DNA from: Gammaproteobacteria bacterium
Lineage (GTDB): Bacteria; Pseudomonadota; Gammaproteobacteria; UBA4575
Assembly (NCBI GenBank): GCA_965221955.1
Contig: CBDCTA010000027.1
Location: forward strand, 1 to 14,399
Length of the DNA stretch: 14,399 nt
Reading direction: 5' to 3'
A program made the translations under genes and the position numbers. The notes beneath the pieces were generated by a model that worked only from the letters and a program-made list of their open reading frames with translations, did not search any database and was not told the origin of the DNA. Shown piece after piece: positions 6,663 through 14,399 of this stretch (its first letter is position 1; each line of letters begins with the position of its first letter).

Positions 6663-9473
6663 TCAGCCGATAGCAATTCTTTTAATGGGTTGAACAGATG
6701 GCTCACTACTAAGTTCTTTTGACGGCGGTTTAAAGTCCGTTAAGTTGATCCCTTCTACTGCAGCTTTATACTCTTCAAGAGTAGGGAAGCGCCCAAGTAT
6801 GGTTGAGAGCACAACAAGTGGAGTTGAAGCTAATAGTGATTCGCCTTTTTTGTCTTCTGCATCACCCACTACACGGCCTTGGAATAGTCGTGTTGATGTA
6901 GCGAGAACGGTATCACCCGGTTCTGCTTTTTCTTGATTACCCATGCACAAGTTGCATCCAGGACGCTCTAAATATAGAACATTATCGTATTTGGTACGTG
7001 CGTCCGCTTTAGGGTTGTCGTCGTCAAAAACAAAGCCAGAATATTTTTGTAAAATCTCCCAATCACCTTCGGCTTTAAGTTCATCCACTATGTTGTAAGT
7101 GGGTGGAGCCACTACCAGTGGCGCGTTGTATTCAACTTTGCCATGTTGCTTTTCTATGTTACGCAACATTTGCGCGATGATTTGCATATCGCCTTTATGA
7201 ATCATGCAAGATCCAACAAAACCTAAGTCTACTGGCTTGTCTTTATAGTATGAGAGCGGGCGAATAACATCATGCGTATAGCGCTTGGAGATATCGTCGT
7301 TTTCAACATCAGGGTCAGCGATCATTGGCTCGTCGATTTGATCAAGATCAATTACGACTTCGGCATAGTACTTGGCATTATTGTCCGGTTTTAATGTCGG
7401 TTGCTCGCCAGACTTAATACCTTCAATACGTTCGTTAGCCAGTTTAATTAAACCTGCTAATGTTCCTGCAGGGTTTTCCATGCCTTTGTCGATCATTACT
7501 TGAATCCGACTCTTTGCGATTTCGAGTGATTCAATTAATGTTTCATCTTCAGAAATACAAATTGAAGCCTTGGCTTTCATTTCAGCAGTCCAATCAGTAA
7601 AGGTAAATGCTTGGTCCGCAAGTAAGGTCCCGATATGAACTTCAATTACGCGTCCTTGGAAAACATTTTCACCGCCAAACTCTTCAAGCATTTGCAATTG
7701 CGTCGCATGCACGATGTCACGAAAGTCCATATAACTTTTCATTTTGCCTTTGAAGGTGACTTTAACGGAATCCGGAATGGGCATGGTTGCTTCACCAGTA
7801 GCTAACGCTAATGCAACCGTTCCAGAGTCGGCTCCAAATGCAACACCTTTTGACATACGTGTGTGTGAATCACCACCAATGATAATAGCGCGGTCGTCTA
7901 CGGTAATATCGTTAAGCACTTTATGGATCACATCTGTCATGGCGTGGTAAGCCCCTTTAGGGTCACGCGCTGTGATCAAACCAAAGTCATTCATAAACTT
8001 CATTAATTTTGGAATATTTGCTTGGGCTTTCTTGTCCCACACTGAAGCGGTGTGACAGCCCGATTGATACGCACCATCCACACTTGGAGAGATCACTGTA
8101 GCGGCCATGGCTTCTAGTTCCTGCGTGGTCATTAAGCCGGTGGTATCTTGTGAACCTACAATGTTTACTTTAACGCGTACATCAGAGCCAGCATGCAAGT
8201 TATTTGTTGTGGTAACGCCTACCGCATTGCGATTAAATATTTTTTCGACTGCGGTTAGACCTTGACCTTCATTAGAAATTTCTTTTGATGGCGCAAAAAC
8301 TGGAGCGGCTTCTATGCCTAGTGTTTTAGCAGCAAAGTTTTGCAGCTTTTTGCCGAATACGATTGCATAAGAACCACCCGCGCGCATAAACTCAACTTTT
8401 TGTGGTGTAAACGCTTTGGAAACATCAGAGACTTCTTTGCCATCCTTATAGAGCTTTTTCTCTTTTGTGTTAATGGTTAATACGGTACCTGTATCTACCG
8501 AGAAAGTTTGCTCAAGAACAGGTTCTCCATTTTCATCGAGTACCGGATTACCGTCCGTATCCACTTTTATAACCCAGTTTTGAAGATCAAGACCAATGCC
8601 ACCAGTCACATCGACCGTGGTTAAAAAGATCGGCGCAATACCATTTGTACCTGCAACAACAGGTGCTATGTTTACAAAAGGTACATAAGGGCTTGCAGGC
8701 ACTCCGGCCCACAGCGCTACGTTGTTCACGCCAGACATGCGAGAAGAACCCACACCCATGGTGCCTTTCTCGGCGATAAGCATCACTCGTTTATCTGGAT
8801 GTTGTTTTTGTAAAGCAACAATTTCTTGCTGAGCTTCAGGAGTGATCATGCATTGACCGTGCAATTCACGATCCGAACGTGAGTGAGCTTGGTGACCGGG
8901 TGAGAGTAAATCTGTAGAGATGTCACCAATACCAGCAATATAAGTAACGATCTGAATTTCTTCTTCGATTTCGGGAAGTTGAGTAAAGAACTCTGCTTTC
9001 GCATAACTTTCTAGAATATCTTTTGCGAGTGTATTACCTGCCTTGTATGCTTTTTCCAAGCGTTCGGTATCGGCTTCATATAAGAAAACCTGCGTTTTTA
9101 ACACCGCAGCGGCGGGTTCGGCTACATCTTTGTTATCGTCAAGAGCAAGGTCCAGCAATACTTCTACTGAAGGACCGCCTTTCATATGTGAAAGCAGTTC
9201 AAAAGCAAAATCAGGTGTGATTTCTTCTACTGATTCTTCATCGAGGATAATTTGTTTAAGAAATTTTGCTTTAACACCTGCCGCACTCGTAGTGCCTGGT
9301 AGCGTGTTATAAATAAAATACTTAAGTGAGTCTGCACGATGTTCATGGGCAGGGTCTTTAATCTGCTCAATGATCTCTGCCAATAAATCAGCACTATCGA
9401 TGGGCTTAGGGTGTAATCCAAGCTCTTTATCACGAAGCTCAATTTCTTCTAGATAATCACTATACAAACTCAT
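6663..9473 (-). CDS. acnB: Bifunctional aconitate hydratase 2 / 2-methylisocitrate dehydratase (long-form AcnB)
   Basis: N-terminal HEAT-like domain and swivel domain (TDLLSPG, GVGSSRMSGVN), then GSQDTTG, QSGCHT, GGDSHTRM, Fe-S ligands GSCM and PGCNLCMGNQ, STRLFQGR. RBS GAGAGG at 9485-9490 on the minus strand. Confidence 0.96.
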   Translation of the reverse strand: MSLYSDYLEEIELRDKELGLHPKPIDSADLLAEIIEQIKDPAHEHRADSLKYFIYNTLPGTTSAAGVKAKFLKQIILDEESVEEITPDFAFELLSHMKGGPSVEVLLDLALDDNKDVAEPAAAVLKTQVFLYEADTERLEKAYKAGNTLAKDILESYAKAEFFTQLPEIEEEIQIVTYIAGIGDISTDLLSPGHQAHSRSDRELHGQCMITPEAQQEIVALQKQHPDKRVMLIAEKGTMGVGSSRMSGVNNVALWAGVPASPYVPFVNIAPVVAGTNGIAPIFLTTVDVTGGIGLDLQNWVIKVDTDGNPVLDENGEPVLEQTFSVDTGTVLTINTKEKKLYKDGKEVSDVSKAFTPQKVEFMRAGGSYAIVFGKKLQNFAAKTLGIEAAPVFAPSKEISNEGQGLTAVEKIFNRNAVGVTTTNNLHAGSDVRVKVNIVGSQDTTGLMTTQELEAMAATVISPSVDGAYQSGCHTASVWDKKAQANIPKLMKFMNDFGLITARDPKGAYHAMTDVIHKVLNDITVDDRAIIIGGDSHTRMSKGVAFGADSGTVALALATGEATMPIPDSVKVTFKGKMKSYMDFRDIVHATQLQMLEEFGGENVFQGRVIEVHIGTLLADQAFTFTDWTAEMKAKASICISEDETLIESLEIAKSRIQVMIDKGMENPAGTLAGLIKLANERIEGIKSGEQPTLKPDNNAKYYAEVVIDLDQIDEPMIADPDVENDDISKRYTHDVIRPLSYYKDKPVDLGFVGSCMIHKGDMQIIAQMLRNIEKQHGKVEYNAPLVVAPPTYNIVDELKAEGDWEILQKYSGFVFDDDNPKADARTKYDNVLYLERPGCNLCMGNQEKAEPGDTVLATSTRLFQGRVVGDAEDKKGESLLASTPLVVLSTILGRFPTLEEYKAAVEGINLTDFKPPSKELSSEPSVQPIKRIAIG

Positions 9474-9516
9474 TTAATAATAAACCTCTCTATCGTGCGG
9501 GTTGGCGGGGAAGGTG

Positions 9517-9602
9517 TGCGATTTTAGCTAATTTCGCATCCCATGAGCCACTTATCCGCATCAAAATTTGTAAATAAAATCAAAGGATAAGTGGTGTATA
9601 CA
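9517..9602 (-). promoter_or_regulatory. Putative acnB promoter/operator region
   Basis: Minus-strand TAAAAT (-10-like, 9521-9526) inside an imperfect 22-bp palindrome (9517-9538). Perfect 10-bp inverted repeat at 9548-9557/9585-9594. TGTATACA palindrome at 9595-9602. Confidence 0.35.
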
Positions 9603-9643
9603 ATACTCAGATTATGCTGCATCCGCTATATGCCGTATGGTGA

Positions 9644-9657
9644 GCCCAGGGATGGGC
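9644..9657 (+). repeat. Short hairpin GCCC-AGGGAT-GGGC (ANGGAT-loop repeat family)
   Basis: 4-bp GC stem with the same loop type as the hairpins at 6609-6628, 9673-9686 and 12007-12022. Confidence 0.55.
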
Positions 9658-9671
9658 GAATATGAGGTGTG

Positions 9672-9703
9672 TCAACATGGATGTTGCTTCAGATTAAAGT
9701 TAG
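9672..9703 (+). repeat. Left outer inverted repeat of the LysR/MBL module
   Basis: GATGTTGCTTCAGATTAAAGTTAG (9680-9703) is the exact reverse complement of 11951-11974. Confidence 0.9.
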
Positions 9704-9752
9704 ATAGACTTGAATAATGAGCAGGTTGGGAAATACAAAACAGATCTTTAAA

Positions 9753-9780
9753 ATGTCCGCTAACGACCCAAAGCGGACAT
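9753..9780. repeat. 28-bp palindrome ATGTCCGCT-N10-AGCGGACAT (left); may also terminate the LysR transcript
   Basis: Perfect 9-bp arms identical to those at 11912-11939. Runs into TTTT on the minus strand, 40 bp past the LysR stop. Confidence 0.88.
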
Positions 9781-9820
9781 GTAATAATTTAATAAGTAAT
9801 GCTTCAGTTTGCTTACACAA

Positions 9821-10743
9821 TTACTGATTATTTGAAGACAGCCACGATTGAACATGGGTATTAAAAACAGTTATATTTTTTAGGTGTGACTCTTCTTTGG
9901 GCGTATATAAGAGTTCACGGATGTGTTTTTACAGTCCATTTTTATCTTTAAACAGGTGTGTGAGTCTATTTTCATTGATAAAGGACTCAACCTGGTAAAA
10001 GGGTAAGCTAGCTATTCCCAATCCTTGCAGCACTAACTCTAATATTGAATGATAGGTGTTTGTAAAGGATGTTGTAACCTGTTACCTCTAATCTCAAAGT
10101 GTTGTTTTCCGTTATGTAAACTTGATCTGTTACGCAATCTTTGTATTCACCATTCAATATAAACTCACAGTTGTAAATAGGCTTCGATCTTTGAGCATTT
10201 GTTTTTATTAATCCATTCAGGGTGACAGACAATAACATTGCGTATATGGCCTAAATGTTTTGCAACTACTTCACTAGGTAGCGAATCATAAGCCCTAAAT
10301 GCAATATCATAACCTCCCAGTTCAATATCCTCTTTATCAGGTCCGAATATTCAGTATTAGATTTATTTTTGGACTACTGTTGTTTAAATGAAGAGATAAC
10401 GTGTTCGCAGATCGCCCGTACCAAACTCTAACGGTGCTGTAACCCTTAAATCTCCCTCAATAATTTGGTTTACCTCTTTAACCCTGAATTTTCAGGTTCA
10501 GTTAGCCAGAAATTTAATTTGTTTAGCTTTAACTAATAGTTCTTCTCCAGTTTCAGTGAGGTTAATGGCTCTCGTTGTTCGATCAACAACAATAGTTTGC
10601 TATTCAACGTCTCCTGGAAGATCGTGTCACATGTCGTGAGACCAGCCCTGAATTAGAAACATCGAGTCGAACAGCCGCCTTGGTGAAACTTTTTTTCTTC
10701 AGCCACAACATTTAAATGTCTGGAGATAAGTTAAAACGTTCAT
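9821..10743 (-). pseudogene. LysR-family transcriptional regulator, multiply frameshifted
   Basis: Manual translation across frames from ATG 10743: MNVLTYLQTF / VVAEEK / SFTKAAVRLDVSNSGLVSRHV / LQETLNSKL / DRTTRAINLTETGEELL ... EGDLRVTAPLEFG ... GGYDIAFRA ... QGLGIASLPFYQVESFINENRLTHLF ... LIYAQRRVTPKK / ITVFNTHVQSWLSSNNQ* (TAA at 9821). About 300 codons, with the classic LTTR HTH and substrate-binding domain. Confidence 0.88.
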
Positions 10744-10874
10744 TATTAGCGCTATATAGACCCAAACAATGTGTTCATTATATGCTGTTTATTGATCATA
10801 TACATTTAATTAACATCATTTATATGGCTAAAAACTACAAACCTCTATTTAAAAAACATTTAAAGGAGCCAGAA

Positions 10875-11897
10875 ATGATACAAAATTTAAAACTCTGTCA
10901 CATTCAGTATCGCTATTTTATTTATTTGTATTTCTACCCAATTACAAGCAGCAGGAAAAATAGAGGTAGATGTCTATAAAGGTGATGTAGCCACTGTGAA
11001 TTCATATATTTTCTCGAATGGTGAATCACTTACTGTTATGTAAAATTTGATGTGCAGCGTGCAACAAGTGAGGCAAAGAAACTTGGCGAGGTACTAAAAG
11101 CGAAGAACCTGCCTTATACTAGAATATATTGATCGCTGATTAGTCACGGTCACCCTGATCACTACATTGGAATGAACTTGGCTAATGAGGGAGTTTCCTG
11201 ATGCTAAGATCGTTGTGGCGAATGAAGCAAATTAAACAAGACATACACCGGATATTTTGCTCACCTGTTGGAACGTCAATGCGTGTTGGATTTGATGCAC
11301 TTGAACGCGGCTTAAAATCTTAATCAGAATTGCTAAACCAAACTCGGTTTTGACTTATGGAATCGCACTCTATTCCAATTATTCTTGTTGATGACTATAG
11401 AATTCTTGGAAGATGAACCAGTGGTGGTACATGCTGTCAAACTATCTTGTGGGAAAAAACCGCATACATTGCCTTCACCCTGAATCAGCATCCAACAACG
11501 AAAGTACACTATGTTGAAAGATATGCAATAGCCTGTTCACTTCAGATGTAGGTAAGGAGTTAAAAAAAATAGTCATGCTCTGCAATTGTTGCTGGTGTCA
11601 CTAACTGATGTTGCAAATTGGCTTACAGCGCTAGTAGACTTTTTCAAATCATAGTAGCGCGATTATTAGAACCTAGTATAGGCAGAGGCATGTTTAGTAC
11701 GTTTCATGTTAAGATGTTGCATTTGTTCGCAACAATGGTCAAGTATATAGATAATTTCAACAAAGTAATCGCGAATGCTATTTCTAAAGAGCTCTGCCAT
11801 GTCCGAAATTGAAAAACTTTATCCTGATTATGCTGAGGCAGATTTTCTTCTAGAAAAACAAGTGTAGATTTCCATTTGAAAGAAATAGAAGAAGTAA
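10875..11897 (+). pseudogene. MBL-fold metallo-hydrolase with signal-peptide-like N-terminus, multiply frameshifted
   Basis: AAGGAG RBS (10863-10868) and ATG 10875. Fragments: FSIAILFICISTQLQAAGKIEVDVYKGDVATVNSYIFSNGESLTVM / DVQRATSEAKKLGEVLKAKNLP / LISHGHPDHYIGM (HxHxDH at 11145-11162) / REFPDAKIVVANE ... LFATMVKYIDNFNKVIANA / AMSEIEKLYPDYAEADFLL / SVDFHLK. The 3' end is approximate. Confidence 0.85.
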
Positions 11898-11911
11898 TTA
11901 AGAAGCTAATT

Positions 11912-11939
11912 ATGTCCGCTATTGGCCGAAAGCGGACAT
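11912..11939. repeat. 28-bp palindrome ATGTCCGCT-N10-AGCGGACAT (right); may also terminate the MBL transcript
   Basis: Perfect 9-bp arms and 10-nt loop, running into TTTTAGTTT on the plus strand. Confidence 0.88.
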
Positions 11940-11950
11940 TTTAGTTTCAC

Positions 11951-11974
11951 CTAACTTTAATCTGAAGCAACATC
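11951..11974 (-). repeat. Right outer inverted repeat of the LysR/MBL module
   Basis: CTAACTTTAATCTGAAGCAACATC is the reverse complement of 9680-9703. Similarity resumes at 12028-12035 (CATGTAGA vs CATGTTGA) after a 51-bp insert. Confidence 0.9.
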
Positions 11975-12025
11975 ACTAGAAACTGCATCTTGCGTTTCTA
12001 GCACTTCCGTCATCCATGACGGTCG
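11975..12025. mobile_element. 51-bp MITE/REP-like two-hairpin element inserted into the right outer repeat
   Basis: Flanked by TC (11973-11974) and TC (12026-12027). Removing it restores GCAACATCCATGTAGA, a 15/16 match to the left copy. Internal hairpins: CTAGAAAC...GTTTCTAG (11976-12001) and CCGTC-ATCCAT-GACGG (12007-12022). Confidence 0.65.
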
Positions 12026-12071
12026 TCCATGTAGATGCGCTAAGCTTGTGCAGTTCATTTAAAATTATATT

Positions 12072-12960
12072 TTAAGAAACATCTTCTGTTAGCGCAGTCT
12101 TGGAAGCATCAGTATTTTGTTTTTCACGCAAGATCATGATACCGGCGGTAATAATCAGCAGTGCGCCCGTTAGCGTTAACAACGTAATGATTTCACCCCA
12201 AAATATCCAGCCGATGATTGCTGCAAACAAAATGGAAGAATAGGTGAAGGGTGCTATTTTACTGGCTGGTGCGAGCGCATACGCTTTCGTTAAAAATAGC
12301 TGCCCGAATGTACCGAATGCACCCAGTAGTACTAATAAAATCCATTCACTTTGGTCAGGATTTTTCCAAAACCAAATCATGGGAATGGCTGAAACCAATA
12401 AGCTAATACATGCCAAAGTAAAAAACAATACGGCTTGTTGGCTCCGTTGGTGACATGCGTCGAATGGTTACTTTTGCTAATGCTGCTAATGCGCCTCCTA
12501 ATAAACCCGCAATGGATGCAATATGAATGGTGCCTGTTGGCTTTAGAACAAGTACTACACCAAGGAAACCAATCATAATTGCCATGATTGCTCGTAATGA
12601 AATATGTTCACTTAACCAAATCAAGGCAATAATTGGAATAAATAAGGGTGCACTTATTTTTAACAACATTGCATCCGCTAAAGGTAATTCAGATAGGGCA
12701 TAAAAAAAGCAATACATTGCAGAAACTCCCGACAGGGAGCGCAGCAAATGCCATTTAAACTCGTTTGTTTGAAGTGTTTTTATACCTAATTTAAAAATCA
12801 GCGGCATTAACACAAGTACGCCAAAAAGATTGCGAAAGAACAACACATTCTGGCTTGGCAAATTTTCTGATAACAGTTTCACTAATGACCCCATGCCAAC
12901 AAAACAAAGTTCTGCAAGCATTGCAAGTAAACACCCTATGATTAAAGTATTACTTTTCAT
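12072..12960 (-). CDS. DMT/EamA family transporter, split by a single frameshift (probable sequencing error)
   Basis: ORFs 12403-12960 and 12072-12428 are the two halves of one EamA protein (LFFRNLFG, HLLRSLSG, LPLADA, PLFIPIIA..WLSE, GQLFLTKAYALAPASKIAPFTYSSILFAAIIGWIFWGE). Deleting one base near 12413-12414 gives RIVFYFACISLL and a 295-aa protein. Confidence 0.9.
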
Positions 12961-13204
12961 TTAAGACATCGTCATTGTGAATGAAGCGAAGTAATTTTCT
13001 TAATGTTGTGGATGGTCGCCTCGCTATTACTCTATGTAATCAGGATATTTTTTGAAGGTTATGAGTGAGCTTAAATCGTTATAACATGCGGTCAATTAGT
13101 AACAGAGAAGAGCCTGATTATCAGATATTTTGCTTGTTGGGATAACTATTTGTAAGTGGTAAATGGATGAGGAATAAGGCTTTATTAGCCGGATTAATGC
13201 TGAT

Positions 13205-13834
13205 TTAGGTGCCGTGGCTGTGTTCCAAGTTATGAATGTTGTTAAGTAATGATTTTCGCCCTAGCAGCAATGTCCAGCGTTTTCCATTTGCTTGTTTCCA
13301 TAAAATGATAGCTCTTATTCCTGCTAACAAAAGAGCGCGAATTTTGCTGGCATTTTGACCAGTTTTTAAATACACCGGATCGCCTTCGATAATCACTTTG
13401 GGGCCTAACGGACTGATGTATTCACGATAGAGTTCGCCCAAATCCGCAGTAATATCATCAAGTGACTCTTCGATAGAAGGATATTGATTGCTGATACGTT
13501 CAAGCTGGTTTGATAATGCGTTGACTGAATCATTATTGACTGCAAATTTCGATGCTAGATACATAAGATTGATCGCATAACGTGTACGTTCGATGGCGCG
13601 TTTTTCACTTTTATTTTGCAGTGCTAACTTTAAGGTTTGAATGCCGAGTTGCAGATTATCGATAGAACCATAGACATCTATATAGTTGTCAGGATTTAGT
13701 TTGAGTATGCTACCAATGGTTGGTGCCATGCACGAATGAGTACTGTCTCCCTCCCATGCAATATTCTGAACCAAGGCTAACGACTGGTATAAACCTGCGA
13801 GTGCGATGGTTTGGTTTTTTGTAATCGTAAACAC
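13205..13834 (-). CDS. hflD: High frequency lysogenization protein HflD
   Basis: NQTIALAGLYQS..LVQNIA, DVYG, TRYAINLMYL, LYREYISPLGPKVIIEGDP.YL, KIRALLLAGIRAIILWKQANGKRW. 209 aa, directly downstream of mnmA. Confidence 0.95.
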   Translation of the reverse strand: MFTITKNQTIALAGLYQSLALVQNIAWEGDSTHSCMAPTIGSILKLNPDNYIDVYGSIDNLQLGIQTLKLALQNKSEKRAIERTRYAINLMYLASKFAVNNDSVNALSNQLERISNQYPSIEESLDDITADLGELYREYISPLGPKVIIEGDPVYLKTGQNASKIRALLLAGIRAIILWKQANGKRWTLLLGRKSLLNNIHNLEHSHGT

Positions 13835-13846
13835 GTCAGCAAATTT

Positions 13847-14399
<553 letters not shown>

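Larger units (their letters stand above)
9672..12035. mobile_element. Putative non-autonomous, repeat-bounded accessory cassette (LysR + MBL-fold hydrolase)
   Basis: Inward-facing composite ends (24-bp inverted repeat plus 28-bp palindrome) enclose a self-contained regulator/enzyme pair. The interior looks AT-richer than acnB. No transposase or target-site duplication seen. Confidence 0.45.

Noticed and set aside
6745-9442. Small ORFs within acnB
   Set aside because: Shadow ORFs of acnB.
9678-9705. XerC/XerD dif-like (pdif) site
   Set aside because: TAAAGTTAGAT matches the XerD arm TTATGTTAAAT at 8/11, but there is no XerC-like arm at the 6-bp spacing.
10008-11812. ORF-track entries 10008-10238, 10716-10979 and 11618-11812 as independent genes
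   Set aside because: They are partly in-frame fragments of the broken LysR and MBL genes.
6594-12035. CRISPR array or canonical IS element
   Set aside because: The repeats are kilobases apart and inverted, with no regular spacers, cas genes, transposase remnant or flanking target-site duplication.
13205-13834. hflD as a sign of a prophage
   Set aside because: HflD is a host chromosomal gene in its normal position after mnmA, and no phage genes are present.

Overview
AT-rich gammaproteobacterial chromosomal segment (inferred from the mnmA-hflD pair and sigma70-type signals). In order it holds an RND permease (5' truncated) with its periplasmic adaptor, a small hypothetical ORF, a head-to-head DUF2182/DUF1326 pair, a small basic hypothetical protein, a long-form aconitase B, a 2.3-kb module the ORF track misses, a frameshifted EamA/DMT transporter, hflD and the 3' part of mnmA (two frameshifts). 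The hidden module is a heavily frameshifted LysR regulator divergent from an apparently exported MBL-fold hydrolase. Its most notable feature is the ends. Each has a perfect 24-bp inverted repeat plus an inner 28-bp palindrome (ATGTCCGCT-N10-AGCGGACAT). The right end is interrupted by a 51-bp two-hairpin mini-element flanked by a TC duplication, and a third copy of the outer repeat lies downstream of acnB. No recombinase or transposase is present in the window. Many frameshifts may be sequencing errors. All family calls come from motif recognition by eye, not database searches.
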